Below, piece by piece: positions 32,031-46,590 of a DNA stretch of 64,000 bases. The notes below the pieces were generated by a model, which was given only the letters and a program-made list of their open reading frames with translations, was not told where the DNA came from and did no database searches. The translations under genes were made by a program, and so were the position numbers. The stretch comes from the human T2T-CHM13v2.0 reference genome, Homo sapiens, in assembly GCF_009914755.1 (NCBI RefSeq), contig NC_060925.1, one strand, 5' to 3'. How positions within the stretch are numbered: position 1 is the first letter of the stretch; each line of letters starts with the position of its first letter.

Positions 32031-33188
32031 AATATTACTGATCTTGGGACTATGTGATGAGGTCTGTGGGGTGAGCCAAGGAGGGAAGGGACCCAACGGG
32101 ATTCCTCCTAAGTGTTTGCTGGGGATGCAGGGTGAAGAGTGGTGGGAGCAGCCTGAAATTGATCTGATCAGTTATCCCTGCCAAGTTAGTCCAGTCTAGA
32201 ATCTCTTAGCTAGCATTCCACATTTTTTACTAGACGATGAAAAGCCAAACTATGCTCATGAGAGAAGGCAAAGCTGAGCTAGAGTTGCATTTCTGTAATA
32301 GGCCATGGGAATCTAGAGCAACTGGGAACTCCCAGTGGCCACTGGGAACACAGCTACCAAGGGAGGCAAGTGGGGATACCAATAAGAGGCAGGGAACAAG
32401 AGGAGATAGAGGGAGGGACTTGGGAAGTGGTCTGGAGACAGTCTAGGAACAGAGCCAGTACTAAGAGACAGAGCTTTTATAAAGCCCCTAGCCACTTAAA
32501 GTGCTCTGGGCAAAATAGCATCCCCAACTGAAAAAAATAACAGCTTCAAAACCTGTTGTTGCTGGACTTGCAACAGTACCCAAGCTAGGTCAACAGGCTG
32601 AAGGACTCAAATCTTCCTTTCTTGCTCCTCACTGGCCCTTCCTTACTAGTATCTGGAGGAGCTGATGTCCTGGAGCAGGCCCTGCAGTTCCCCTGTCTGA
32701 TGTGGTTCCTCTGTTCCCTTCTGTTTCAGGAGGAGGAGGACACTAGGGCCCTAGCTGCCGGCATGCCTCTTGGCCAGCTTGTTCAGTATCCTTGGGCCCT
32801 GTGCATGATGTTACCTATAGTCAGGGCTAAGCTCTTGTTCAGATGCCCTCATAGTGAGGCCAGCTGACTGTGCCATGTTCAGAGAACATTCTGGGCCTCT
32901 AGCTGTGACTTGCACTAAGCAGAAATAATCAGGTCCTACTTTCATGGGAATTCCTTTTCATGTGATGTTCTGAATTTAGAGTTAGAGACATTTGGGGACC
33001 AGCCCTTGCTGGGTGTGTAACTCTGGTCAAGGCACAGGGCCTTTCTGAACTTTAGCAGCTTCTTCTGTACAATAGGGATACTGGCACTTGGATCAATGCT
33101 CAGTACAGGGTTTTAAAAGAATGTGAAATGCAGTTGCTACTAGGACTAATTTCCAGGCAGTGTGTTGGTAGGATCACATTCGTCCCTA

Positions 33189-33564
33189 TTATATGGTTTG
33201 GCTGTGTCAGCACCCAAATTTCATCTTGACTTGTAATCCCCATAATTCCCATGTATCTAGGGAGACCTAGTGGGAGCTGATTGGATCATGGGGGCAGTTC
33301 CCCCCATGCTGTTCTCGTGATAGTGAGTGAGTTCTCACGAAATCTGATGGTTTTATAAGGGTCTCTTCCCGCTTCACTTGTTCGCTCTCTCTCACCTGCT
33401 GCCACATAAGATGTGCCTTTGCTTCTGTCTTACCTCCTGCCATGATTGTAAGTTTCCTGAGGCCTCCCCAACCATGCAGAACTGTGATTCAATTAAACCT
33501 CTTTTCTTTATAAATTACCCAATCTCAAGTGTGTCTTTACAGCATGTGAAAACAGACTAATACA
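33189..33564 (+). mobile_element. THE1 (THE1C/D-like) MaLR solo LTR
   Basis: ttatatggtttggctgtgtc...attaaacctctttt...acagactaataca; perfect 5-bp TSD cccta (33184-33188 / 33565-33569). Confidence 0.93.
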
Positions 33565-33854
33565 CCCTACAGTACTAAAACAATTTATCCTGTTGGTCAA
33601 TACCCACCCAACCCCTTCCCCAGGCCCCCTGGAGGTACCCTGCAGCCACTGTCCTTCCCTCAGGATCACCTTGCCTTTAGTAACTAAAGGGCTGCCATCT
33701 GCCTCTTCTGGGGACTCCTGGACTCTCCTCTTGTACCAACTGCTTCTCTTCTGCTTGCTCAATGCTGAGCCAAACCAGTTATTAAATATTTTCAATGTCC
33801 CCTGGTTACTCATTACTTTCCAATGTTATTCAAACAAATTTCTAATAAGGTCAA

Positions 33855-34233
33855 TATCTTAGTTTGGACTACTACAGCAGAACACCGTAGACAGGGTAGC
33901 TTTTGAACAACAAACATTTATTTTTCACAGTTCTGGAGGCTGAAAGTCTGAGATCAAGGTGCCAGCATGGCCACGTTCTTGGTGAGGGCCCTCTATCTGG
34001 TTCACAGATGACCTTCTTCTCTCATATTCTCACATGGCAGAGAGACAGAGAAAGAAAGAGAGCATGCTCTGGTCTCTCTGTCCCCTTATGAGGGCACTAA
34101 TCCCATTTGTGGACGCTCCACCCTCATGACTCAATTATGTCCCCAAAGTCCCACCTTCAAGTATCATCACATTGGAGATGTAGGCTTCAATATACCAATG
34201 TGGGTTAAGGGGATAAACATTCATTCCTTTCCA
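33855..34233 (-). mobile_element. MLT1A-like MaLR solo LTR
   Basis: cacagttctggaggctgaaagtctgagatcaaggtgccagcatgg...gggcactaatccc; TSD gtcaa/gtgaa. Confidence 0.85.
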
Positions 34234-35382
34234 GTGAATGTCCCATAAGAACTATCTGAGATGAGCTAGATGTATATTTAGGTTTACTCAGCTTACCTCA
34301 ACCACGATGTTCTCTCTCATCTTCAAAACTTTTAGACACTGTTCATTCTTTCAGAAACAAATTTCCGTTCAATTTCATCAGCTCTCTATTCTTGCTTTCA
34401 TCTAACCAACTCTTCCTTGTCCTTAAAGTCTCAGCCTAGCGGTAATTTCTTCCCAGAAATCTTAACAATCCAAGTTGGGGGAGGCAGAGTCCATGGCCTT
34501 GCCCCAAACCTAGACTTAATCTCCCCACTAGGCTGCAAGCTTCTTGAGGATGTTGAACAAATTTGTGCCATTCTCCACAAAGCAAGTTTATCCCCTTTTA
34601 CAGATGCAGAAAGTAAGACCACATGTAGCCAAGGAACACACCCCAGCATGTATTCAGTAAAGAATGAGGCCAGCTTTCCCACTGAGGTCTCATTAGGGCC
34701 AAGCCTGTATTCTTACCACTGCTCTGTCCCACCACCTGCAACTGCATCTAAAGAGAACATTAAGGCCTAAATAAATGTTGAATGAACAACCAGCTTCCCA
34801 AAAAATTTTAATTTTGTCTACCTGGTGTGAATCTAACACAACACTATAAAGGGAGGGAATATGACTGCGATTTTTACAGAAGGCCAAACCTACAGCAGTA
34901 ATGATAAGCACAAATACTGAAATGAACAGAAGGAAGTAGAACTCCAGGAAATGCTGAATGTGCAGGCTTCTCTGCTTCTACACCTAGAGGTTCCCTTGCA
35001 TAAAGTTTAGATATTCCGAGTTTGGTTTCAGTGAGGGATACAGGTCCTCCTAAGCCCAGGGCATTTCAACACATTTCAGGAAATTGAGGGCCATGATGCC
35101 GGCTGTATATTGACAACAAATAATGTGTTGGAGTCACTGTTTCAAAGAGAAAAGAAATTAGAAATTTCAAGGAAGATACAGTTTTTGCTGATATTTGATG
35201 CATTCGATTTGTGAGCAAACCACCTCTCTGAAAACAAACTTAGAACTTCTAATGTCTGCACCTTACCTTCTCACTTTATAGAAAGGCAGGGCAGAGGTTC
35301 AAATAAGTTAAGTGCTTTGTCCACAGTTAAACAGCAAGTGAAGGGCAGACTAGAGGATAAGAACCTTTTAAGTCTTCTAGCC

Positions 35383-35546
35383 CAATGCATCTCAAATTTA
35401 AAGTGCAAATGAATCAGCTGAAGATCTTGTTAACAGGCAGATTCTGGTTCTGTGGGTCTGGGGCAGAGCCTGAGATTCTGCCTTTCCAACAAACTCCCAT
35501 GTAACACCAGTGCCACTGCTCCAGGGACACCATTTGAGTAGCAAAG
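35383..35546. mobile_element. MER5A hAT-Charlie DNA transposon
   Basis: gcagattctggttctgtgggtctggggcagagcctgagattctgc...tttgagtagcaaag. Confidence 0.8.
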
Positions 35547-36164
35547 ACCTATCACCAGCAATGCTTTTCCCCACACTATGCACCTCTACTGTTAAAACTG
35601 AAGAATCAAAGGATGGAATCCCTGCAATGCCCAATTCGAGAAGCCCTTGGCAAAGTGTGTGAGGCTCCCTAGAGACAGTTGCTTACCAAGCTTCCAGTAA
35701 AGAAATGGTAGCTTTTCATTACTCCAGTGATATGTTTAGGCACTGTGGAATCCCTACGTGATGGGGAGAAAAAAACCCTAGCAGAGATACCTAATACAAT
35801 ACATGCTTATGATCCATCCACTTAGTGACTATAAGGTTTGAGAGCAATGCAGTGAGCATCTGATTATAGTGAATGAAGGAAAATGCAGTTTGTGGTTTAG
35901 CATTACAATGAATATTCATGAGTCTGGAGAAATCTCCTCCTTTAGGACTCTTAGGCATGATATAGGACAGTGACCCCTCAACATCCCAGGATTATCAAGT
36001 GGCTATAATTAAAATATACTGCAGGGTTCCCAAGTTGTGGACTCAAGCGCAGATTTGGGTCTCACAGCAATAACACATTAATAATAATGCCAGACACTGG
36101 AGATGGTCCATAGTTTATAAGGTGCTTTGGTATTTATCATTTTATCTGCACAGTAGCAGCCCAG

Positions 36165-36375
36165 CAGGATTGAGATACAAATAATTGAGTTTAGGTTCTA
36201 GAGTCTCACTTTTTTGTAGGGAATATTTTATCACTTCTTTGGACTTCTGTTTTCTGTCTGTTAAAAAGGCATATTAATAACAATCCTATCTCCAACAGCT
36301 GTTATAAGGATTAAATGAGATCATGAATGTGAAACATGGTAGAAATTATAAAAAGCAAAACATTTACTATTGTTG
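36165..36375 (+). mobile_element. MIR SINE
   Basis: gctgttataaggattaaatgagatcatgaatgtgaaa. Confidence 0.65.
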
Positions 36376-36408
36376 TCATTGTTTTTATCTGGTTTAAGAA
36401 ATCGAATG

Positions 36409-36702
<294 letters not shown>

Positions 36703-37318
36703 AAGAAATCTAATGGGGTGGTGAAAAAAAGGTACTAATAAGTTTGGAAAACTGAATAGTGATCTCAGTGATGCAATAACTCTTTAGGTGCCTTTGAACA
36801 AGTTACTTAACAACTTAGAACCTCAGACCTCAGTTTTTTCATCTGTAAAATGGAAAAAGTCAAGTGTTTCAATATTTTTTCTTTCTTTTCTGGGTAGATG
36901 GGGCAAGAAAGTGGACAGATGTTTCCCAAAAGCTCAATATGTGGAGAGTCTGGCTCCCAGGATGCTCTGGGCCAGCTTCGATCTAAGTGAGGAGTGGACC
37001 CATGTTCCTGTCAAGGCACACCCTTATATCATTGCTCACAAGCCTTGGTATAGGCTGACTTAGCATCCAGTCCAGGCACACTGTAGTCAGTCAGTTGGTC
37101 AGTCAACCAACACTGAGCAGCTGCAATGCATCAGGTCCTATGCTAAGCTCTCAGGAGGACACCCAAAAAGAAATAAGTAAGATCCAAACCATTGAGAAGC
37201 TCTTGATTTAGAGAGGAGATAAAGCAGATATATTTGAAACCACAATTAACTGTACATGATAGCACTCAGTCTTTGGGTAGGATTAAAGCTGATTTCTAAA
37301 TATAAGTGTTGGTAAGTA

Positions 37319-37726
37319 TGTGAGACAGGCAGTGTTAATCAGATCCTACATTCCTTTTTCTCTTCTTGTATCTATGAATCTGACCTGCCAGGTTTCAGCT
37401 GGACATGTGGCCACTCAACAGAGTACCATGTGCACCTTTCAAGTCTCAATCTTTTTAAAAAGCTACTTGCCTTCTACTTCCTCTTTTCATCTTTCCTGTG
37501 GGCTGCAAAGTGAATGTGGTAGTGATGAGACAATCTGGCCATTCAGAAGTCAACACTACCCTAGGGAATAGCTGAGCAACGAGATGGAAGGAACAAAGGC
37601 CCTGGATGGCACAGAACAGAGCAACCTACCTGTCTTGGACTGCCTGCCTGCTCACTCTGGTTAGGAGACAATGAAATGTCTGTCTTGCTGAGTCATTGTG
37701 TTTTGGGTTTAGCCATTACACTAACA
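37319..37726 (+). mobile_element. Old MaLR LTR (MLT1I/J-like)
   Basis: gggaatagctgagcaacgagatggaaggaac...ggactgcct...gtcattgtgttttggg; approximate. Confidence 0.5.
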
Positions 37727-37794
37727 TGATTTGTTATGTGTTATATTAAGCTATATACACCTTGTAGTTATGGCCTATTAATTAATTAATTCAT

Positions 37795-38030
37795 TCATTA
37801 TTTACTGTCAACATTTACAAACACCATGCATGGCACTTTAGCATGCATTATCACAATTAACTTCATAACAGTGCTAAGCCAAAAATTACTACCATCCTTA
37901 TTATACAGAAAAGGAGACAATAATTCAGAAGTATACAGTAACTTGCTGGAGGTCACACAGCTAATAAAAGGCTCATTAGGGACCAACATGAAAACCTGCT
38001 GCCTGCCTACAAAGAGTTATGCTCTTTCTG
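37795..38030 (-). mobile_element. MIR SINE
   Basis: agtaacttgctggaggtcacacagctaataa. Confidence 0.7.
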
Positions 38031-38864
38031 CCTGCAAAGCACTAAGTAAGAGCTGGAGATATTGAATTATAACATATTGTCTTCATCTTGAGAATTAATA
38101 CTTGATTAAGAATCAAGAAACAATGAACATATAATGCAAGAGTAAACCCAATTGCACACTCAATTACGTGGTTTAAAAAAAGTCAACACAAGCTGTTATT
38201 AATTGAGCAGTCACAGCTGAACCACTTTGTAGTAAGCTCATGTGTGTTACATGGCAAAGGGTTCCTGAGGCCTAAATGGATGTGGCCCCTGTCCTATTGG
38301 AAGAGCCTGTTCAGAGAGGCATAGACTCCACCCCTGCCTCCCATTGGCCTTGCCCTCTAAATAAGACAGCATGATAAATTGGCCCGCATCATTCCACATG
38401 CCTGTGTTTCTTATGTATATATGAGTACAGCCTATAGGAATAATAGTCATTTACCATCAGGAATATTCACCAGTGGAAAAGCACATAATTTACAGGCAGT
38501 GACTGTAAGAACCCTCTCCCTCATCCAGAATGGCCATAAATTGCAGAATGAGATACACAGATAACAATTCTTTAGACATGAGAAAGCCAAGAGCAGTTTT
38601 ATGTTACGTAATTACCTAAATCACCCTCTACCATACTCATACCCGAGATTTATGGTAACAAGAAAGCCATGCGGAGACCTGGGGCATTCTCTCCTGATTT
38701 ATGAGGAGATGCACAGCATGGGAGAAAGGGCCAGTGAGAGTTCTGCTGCGGAAAGAATAAGGCCTTAAGGACTCAGCCTACTCCTGCCTGAGAAGAGGGA
38801 AGAGAGAAACTGGAGTCACATTGGACCCCATTGCCCACAACTCTATGTTAAGACTTAGGAAGTA

Positions 38865-39375
38865 GTTCTCTCTAAAACACAAATTAACTGTGCTAGACAA
38901 ATGCTGTCCACCCTCACATGGTTTCTATTCACTCAGTTTAAAGCTCATATTGAGGCCAAGGCACTCAGAGTTCTTCATAATCTCTTCCCACTGGCTCCAC
39001 CAGTCTCACATCCCACAGCCATCCCACATACTCAACACGCTGGCTTCATCTTTCTTCAAACCAAGACTGTCTTTCACCTGTCCTGTTTGGTGGCCTGGTA
39101 CCCTGTTCCTTGAGGCTGGAATCACCTGTTCCACCCTCCTCATTCCCCATCCTTTCTGTTTTCTATGCATCCTTCAGAGTTCAGCCCAACATTAGCTCCT
39201 CAAGCAAGTCTTCTGGAATTGGCTTGCTCTTCAGCACTTACTTAGTCCACCCCCACGTTACTGCACTATCCACAGGCCTGCAGAGCTTTCTTCACATGTA
39301 TATGTCCCACAAGATACTATAGACAACTCAAGGGCAGAGATTTCTGTGCTCAATTAATAACTGATGAATTAATAA
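38865..39375 (+). mobile_element. L2 fragment
   Basis: ctcaagggcagagat...gctcaattaataactgatgaattaataaat 3' end. Confidence 0.6.
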
Positions 39376-39656
39376 ATCCATAACTTGCTCTTTGGGATTT
39401 CTTAAGTAAAGATATTTGAAAGCTACTACTTGTCATTGGCTCCAGTCTTTAGAATGCAGGGGACCTCCAAAAAAAAGTTCCATGGTTCCCAGCCTTGGTC
39501 AGAGTTAAGGCAATTAAGTTGATTTGTAAGTGTCTAATAGTATCTCTTCATGTTAGCGTAAACAGCTCTTCCACATACACACATATATAACCTCGGCAAG
39601 CTGCTCCAAAAAGCGCTATCTCATCTATTTCTCTGTACCTGGTCCACTCCTTGGCT

Positions 39657-39736
39657 TGTTAGAACACCTCATTCATGTGATCATGCCACCTCACACTGTT
39701 AGAACACCTCATTCATGTGATCATGCCACCTCACAC
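39657..39736. repeat. Perfect 40-bp tandem duplication
   Basis: tgttagaacacctcattcatgtgatcatgccacctcacac x2. Confidence 0.97.
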
Positions 39737-40085
39737 AGGAAGCAGAGCAAGCAGAGATACATATAAGCACACACCTTCTTTTTCTCTACCATGGTCACCA
39801 TCACCTTGACAGTATCCTAGTGAGATAGTGAAACCTGAAAGTTGAAAAGGTCTTATAGGTACTTGCTCCAATATAGAATGTCCTGTAAGTGATCTTTTAG
39901 AATCTTCTTGAATGTGTTGGTCCCTCCCAATCACCTTTCTGACAACTCTGGAAAGTTAGTTATACAAAACCGGCGATTTCTGCCTGCAACATCTATTCTC
40001 TAGCCTAAATGCTTCCATGCAAGGCCACAGAAAGATGATTACAGGGCCACATTCCAATCATGCTCTCACTGAATACTGTCTGTTT

Positions 40086-40433
<348 letters not shown>

Positions 40434-41283
40434 TGTTTTATTATTAATAGCAGTTCTACTGAATGAGAGGTTGATAATCTTTCACTCTCAGGAATTCTCC
40501 TCTAAAAGCTCTCACTCACTGATACTTATCTTGGAGAAACTAATAAAATCTTTCCTGAAGAAGGCATATACATACCTGCATATATACAAACTTCTGTGTT
40601 CCATTTTAAGGGGGTTTTGGAATTTCCAAAGCCTACCTGTCAATCCCAGAATAGAAACTTATTCTGAACCATGATTTCCTTAAAGTTAGGGACCTTAATT
40701 TAGTCATCATGACTTTACTTGAAGGCCCAGCACATGGTTGACACTCAATAACTAACGAAAAGACAAATGTTAAATCAGTAAAACCTGGTTGGTGAGTACC
40801 ACATGCTGCCATGTACTGGATTACATTCTATCATGTATATCTAATCCACACAACAGGTCTGTAAACCACAGGCTGCTACTCCATTTCACAGGTGAAGAAA
40901 CTGAGTCCCAGAGACAGCAAAGCCAGCAAGTGACAGATACAGAACTGGGACACAGATCACTAGGGTTTTACCAAACCATGCTGCTTCCCAAACCAGCCTC
41001 CACTGTTTTCCACCTCCCAGCATGGAGATTCCTTGAGGCATTCAGTATTCAAAGAAGTCACAGATGCCTTTATCAGAACAGAACTGTGTTTCCCCTTGAG
41101 TCTGCAGGGCAAGATGCACTCAGAGTGGGGCAGACAACTAACTATACGTGGAGCCCTCTCTCTCCTTAGCAAAGAGCTAAAGTATTAACATGTTGAATCT
41201 AATAGCAAGTCATGGTGCCCAAACCCCTGACTGCTTGTTATTCCACAAATTCTCATGGCCACAAATTGCACAAAAATATAAAT

Positions 41284-41737
41284 TGTGCTGCCATTTATAT
41301 TTTATTTGCCTCCAAATCCACTTTCTCCACCTTCTCTAATAGGATCTGTGTGTTAGGGAGTTGACATAGGGTTGCATCAACAGGCTCTTTGCTTTGGGCA
41401 TTCTGTTGGATTCAAATAATGGAAGCCACCAGCAAGAGATAGAGGAGTAGAAAGAGGGGATGCGGTCTGATATATATATTCCCTGGTCTCTACAAAGGTT
41501 CACTGCAGTTCCTGCAAGGCAGCCCTCTCCACAAAGCCACCTGTCTCAGGATTCTGGTAACGGCCCCTCTTCTTACCCTTTCAGACCTAGGAGGTCTAGC
41601 TCAGGAGTCCTGTATTATCTCTTTTTGGTTATTCTAAGTCATGCTCATGCCTTTATAAAAATCCCTTTAATACACTTTCCTCAAGTTTCTCAGTTGGAAT
41701 GTGCCATATGCTTCCTGCAGGGACCCCATATGATACA
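41284..41737 (+). mobile_element. ERVL solo LTR (LTR33-like)
   Basis: cctccaaatccactttctccacc...gtgccatatgcttcctgcagggaccccatatgataca; TG..CA ends. Confidence 0.7.
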
Positions 41738-41879
41738 CATGCCTAGCCGTGTTCAGCATTTACATGCAGAGAAAACAAAACAAGAAGTTCTAAAATATTA
41801 GAGCTGGAAAAGATCTTAGAGTCCATTTTTCAAGCCCTTTATTCTATTAATAGTCATAGTCTTAGTATCATGGCAATGC

Positions 41880-42100
41880 TGATTACTGAGCACCTTCCAT
41901 GTGTCAAGTGCTATGGGTCTTGATTTACATAGGTGATCTCAATTCCTCCTAGTTTTCCAAAGTAGACACCATTACCCCTGTCAAAATATGAGGAAACGAG
42001 GGCATAAAAAGTAACTTGCCCAGGACCTCACAGGTAGAGCAGGGACTGGAGTCAAAATTTGAGCCCAGTGTCATCTGACTCCAAAGCATGTGATCTTCAT
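41880..42100 (-). mobile_element. MIR SINE
   Basis: tactgagcacc...atgaggaaacgag...gtaacttgcccagg...tctgactccaaagc. Confidence 0.75.
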
Positions 42101-42245
42101 ACTAGAATTCTCAGAGATGACAGCCCTGAGACCCAAAGACAGTCCAGTGCCCAAAATCCCCAAGGTAAATTGCCACAGAACCAAGACCAGAAATGAGTTC
42201 TCCTGACCACCACCCAGCAACCTCTGCACTTCAGTCCGTGTACTT

Positions 42246-42456
42246 CAGGGTGTCTCAACCTTAGCGCTATTGACATTTTTAACCAGAGCACACCTTGTTG
42301 CACGGGCTGTGAGTTATACAACACTTAGCAGCATCCCTAGGTCTACCCACTAAATACCCAACAGCACTTCCCTCAGAAGTCATGACAACCAAAAGTATTC
42401 TAGACCTTGCCAAACGTCCCGTGGAAAGAAAACTCTCTCCCACATGACAAACACTG
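42246..42456. mobile_element. MER20 hAT-Charlie DNA transposon
   Basis: cagggtgtctcaaccttagcgctattgacattt...agcagcatccctaggtctacccact...tgacaaccaaaa...aacactg. Confidence 0.85.
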
Positions 42457-43290
42457 GTATAGTCCAGTTTCCTAAGTATTTATCTGACTCACGTTCGATG
42501 CACCAGGTATAACAGGAAATGCAAAGATCATGAACTAAGGCCCTCAGTGTGCCTCAGAAGAGGGAGAAATTGACGCCTATGGAGAATGGTGGAAGGAATT
42601 TGCAAAGTGGAATTTCTGGAGTGGGCAGCTTATTATTTACCTTTAAAGAATGTGTAAGGCTGACATACAGAAGGCCTGAAAGAAAGTTCAGATCGTCAGT
42701 ATGTCCTGAACAGGGGCAGAGATCACAATCCCAAACTAAAATAAACCGTGGTCTCCTTCTGAAATGTTCAAATTCTCTTGCAGAGCATGCAAGGCCTTCT
42801 GTAGCCTCCTCTCCAGCTTCTGTGCATTACACTTTGGGCTCAAGAAACAGTATGGTACTTCTTACCTCCATGCCTGTGCTTATGCTAGCCCCTTGACCTG
42901 GGGTCCCTCTCTGCTCTACAACTTCTGCCTCTCACCTGCTTCACTAACCTTCCTTGGAGACTGAGCTCAGGTATATCTCTGGAAACTACATAACTACCTG
43001 CATAACTACTTCTTCAGTAGTAGACTGAATTTAGCTTGTGAAAACAATAATGTGTTTGTTAAGTAAAAAGAAGACACATCGTGTAACTGAACACACAATC
43101 ACCAATGCAATAAAAGGCCCAAAGAAAGGACTGGAAAAAATAAGTCTAAATGTTAACATTGGTTTTCTCAGCTTAGCAAGGTTGCTGATGACTTTTATTT
43201 TTGTCTTTATGATTTTCCAAACTTTAAAAAATGTCTATAGTATCTGTGTGTTGCTTGTGTAATCATAAAAATGCAAGAATTGGAAATGGC

Positions 43291-43785
43291 TCTTGTGGGC
43301 ATTTGCTGTTTTTACCGTTGACATCTATTTATTTGTGTAGCATCAATATCCTGATTTGGCTCTGAAGTAGCCAGCCCTCCCCCTCACTCTCAACCAATGC
43401 GTTTTGAGTCTAGTCGATTCTAGCCCAGGCCACAGGAGTCCAGCATAAGACCTAGACTATGTCAGTTAATGTACATCTTGGCCAAAGGCATTGATTCAGG
43501 TCCCCAGGCCCAGGCCAATCAGGGCTGATGAGATTCAGTTCTGAATCTTCCTCTTGAGCTACTGGGGAAGGATATGTTCTCTCTTGTACTTGACTGGGTA
43601 TTAGAACAATGTAAATCTGAAGTTACCGGGGAAGCCACCACTATTCAGATTGAAGAATCTGAACCTAGAGGAAGCCAAGCCAAGAAATAGAGCCTTGGGT
43701 CTTTGTTTAGATCTTGAATCAAGCCAGGCCTAAAGCCTCATTTACCTCTTTGGATACTATTTTTCCTTCATTATCTGTTTGAATG
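43291..43785 (+). mobile_element. Old MaLR LTR (MLT1K/L-like)
   Basis: ccctccccctcactctca...ggcccaggccaatcagggctgatgagattcagttctga. Confidence 0.55.
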
Positions 43786-43958
43786 TAATTTATGTAATAT
43801 TTAATGCCTACAAAGGATAAATATTAATAATAACAATGTTATGAACATCCATGCACTCACCAGCAATCTACCATTGTACCAACTACATGCTCCTCCTTTA
43901 ACCTGTGTCCTTGCCTTCTTCTCCAGCAGCAATCACCATTCTTAGTGTTACGTTAAGC

Positions 43959-44298
43959 CAGCGGTCCCCAACCTTTTTGGCACCAGGGACAGATTTTATG
44001 CAAGACAATATTTCCATGGGGGGGGCTGGGGGGATGGTTTGGGGATGAAATTGTTCCACCTCAGATCATCAGGCATTAGTTTGATTCTCACAAGGAGTGC
44101 ACAGCCTAGATCCCTTGCATGTGCAGTTCACAATAGGGTTTGTGCTCCTATAAGAATCTAATACCCTGCTCATCTGACAGGAGGTGGAGTTCAGGCAGCG
44201 AGGCTTGCTCATCAGGCTCTCACCTCCTGCTGGGCAGCCCAGTTTATAACAGGCCATAGACCAGTACTGGTCCGTGGCCTGGGGATTGGAGATGCCTG
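43959..44298. mobile_element. MER1B hAT-Charlie DNA transposon
   Basis: cagcggtccccaacctttttggcaccagggac...ggggattggagatgcctg; 8-bp TSD cgttaagc/tgttaagc; sits within an old antisense L1M fragment (about 43790-44610). Confidence 0.92.
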
Positions 44299-44312
44299 TG
44301 TTAAGCAATTCT

Positions 44313-44313
<1 letters not shown>

Positions 44314-44360
<47 letters not shown>

Positions 44361-44428
44361 ATCTGTCTGTCTGTCTGTCTGTCTATCTATCATCTATCTA
44401 CACACACACACACACAATATATATATAT
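44314..44428. repeat. Compound microsatellite (TATC)11-(TGTC)n-(CA)n-(TA)n
   Basis: Direct inspection. Confidence 0.95.
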
Positions 44429-44979
44429 AATGCACATATTTCTAAAGAATACATTACTTAGATTTTCTTGTTTTTATACTTTATGAAAATGGAATCCTAC
44501 TGTATGTGGTCTTCTGAGATTTTCTCTTCTCACCCAACATTATTTTTCCAAGATTCACCTACATTTTTGCAGGTAGCCATAATTCATTTATTTTCAACAG
44601 TCTAATAATTTTCATCTCTCTTTATAAAAACTTTAATAGGAGCTGCAAAAGTTCCAGTATCCTCCAAGAGGAAAGAAAAAATAAACTAGTGTTTGAGAAC
44701 TGCTTGCTAACTTTCAGGCACTGGGGTTGTCCCTTTTAAAGTGAACTGTCCCTTAAATCCTCAGAAAAGTCCTAGGAATTGTGTATAGATATCTCCATTT
44801 CACAGATGAGGTTACAGACTATCATGTTGTCCCAAGGTTGTTGAGCTAGTTGGGTACTCAGATAAAATGTCACTCTGCTCTGTTAAACCTCTTCCTTGCA
44901 AGACGGCTTATTGCATGCCCTTCAAGGATAATCTTAGCCTAATATTTCAATAAGGAAAGCAAATTAAAGCATCCCCATT

Positions 44980-45195
44980 CAGTGCTTAAGAGAGAAGGCT
45001 CTGGGACCAGACTGGCCTCAGATGCTGGTTCTGCAAATTTTTAGCTGGGTTTAATACCTAAGTTTCTTCAGCTGTAAAATATTGATAATAATAATATCTA
45101 CCTCCTTGAAGGGTTAAGAGGATGAAGTAAGTTACCATATCAAAGAACATAAAACAGTACCTGGCACATAGCAAATCCTTAATAAATGTTAGCAA
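44980..45195 (+). mobile_element. MIR SINE
   Basis: gtgcttaagagagaaggctctgggaccagact...acagtacctggcacatagcaaatccttaataaatgttagc. Confidence 0.85.
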
Positions 45196-45229
45196 TTTTT
45201 CTATATTCACCCACTAGCTTCCCTTCCCA

Positions 45230-45830
45230 GACCATCACACACCTTATATTTCATCATTTCTCATCTTTGATCACTAGCACTGCTTTCTAACAGGCGTTCC
45301 TCATTTCTCCATGTCCTCCTAACATTGTCCACAGGGGATACTTCTAAAACATAAATGGGATCACTTCATTCTCCTGTTTAAAATCCTTTATTCCTCTCTA
45401 TCACCCATCAAATAGAGTCTTGAAATTGACATGATAAATTCATACTGCAAAGTTCTGGATCTGCTTATGGTTCCCAAAACATATACTGTGTTTCATGCCT
45501 CCTTGTCTTTGCATATTCTATTCCCTCTGCCTGGAATACCCTCTCTGTCATCTGATTATCTCCTATGTTTCAAAACCCAGCTCAGACATTATGTCTCCTC
45601 TTCAATTCAGAATCAAATCCTCTCTTTTAAATCAATAGCACCTTAAGTACACTTCACCTGTTAGAAAAACCTGATGGCACTACTGTTATTTGTTTCTCCT
45701 GTTTTGTTCTGCCCTGTGGACTGATATCCCTGAGGACAAGTCCTTTGTTTTCTTCACTTACAGTCTTCAATATCTAGTTTGGAAACAGGCACCTTGTGGT
45801 ACTCAAGAATATTTGCTATACTGAATGCAG
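45230..45830 (+). mobile_element. L2 fragment
   Basis: ttccctctgcctggaataccct...ttcaaaacccagctca...gtactcaagaatatttgc. Confidence 0.7.
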
Positions 45831-46371
45831 AATAAGTTCTCAGCTATGCCAGGCTAAGGAACTAACAAATTGGGAGGCTTGGAAGTACGCTACTCTGATC
45901 AGGAGAGTGAATGCAGTTCCCCTGCAGACTAGTGAGCTGCCATGTTAACACATAATTTATTAGACCCTGGCACAAGTTTATTTTTATAGGCAGAGCATCT
46001 ATTTTAATGGTTACATATATAACCACAGTTTTCAATCTGCTCCTTTCCCCCAAGAGAAAATCATGGAAGAGATCAAGGAAGGAAAGGAAGGATAGACATT
46101 GGGGGGTGAGGGGGGTAGTCTTTTGTATGACTTTCTTAAAACAGATCCGGGAAGAGGAGCCTGATTCATATATATATATATACTTCCCTGGAAACTTAAA
46201 TTAGCCCAATGGATAATATGGCTAGATATTCTTTTTCCTTGCCTGTCTTATTCAAATTGCCAGTTTGACCAATGTAGAAACACTGACTTATCCAGTTGTT
46301 TCAGTTCTGTGAAGCTTCCCTATTGCAAAGCTCTTTACAGAAAAGTTTCAATGTGTTGAAATAAGCGATAA

Positions 46372-46590
46372 ACCTTGGAGCCAGTTTCATGTTTAAATTC
46401 AGAATATGGCACTTCCTAGCAGCAGAGCTTTGGGAAAGTGACGTCACAGAGTATTAGTTTCCTCCTCTGGCAAATGGACAACAGTACCTAATTTCTAGAG
46501 CAATTACAATGATAGATTGAGGTAACGCTCATAACTGTTAGTACAGCACCTGGTGCTTAGTAGATGCCCAGTGAATGTAAGCTCATGGTA
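46372..46590 (+). mobile_element. MIR SINE
   Basis: agtttcctcctctggcaaatgg...tagtacagcacctggtgcttagtagatgc. Confidence 0.65.

Noticed and set aside
44017-44045. G-quadruplex-like G-runs
   Set aside because: Part of the G-rich segment normal to MER1B; no locus-specific evidence.
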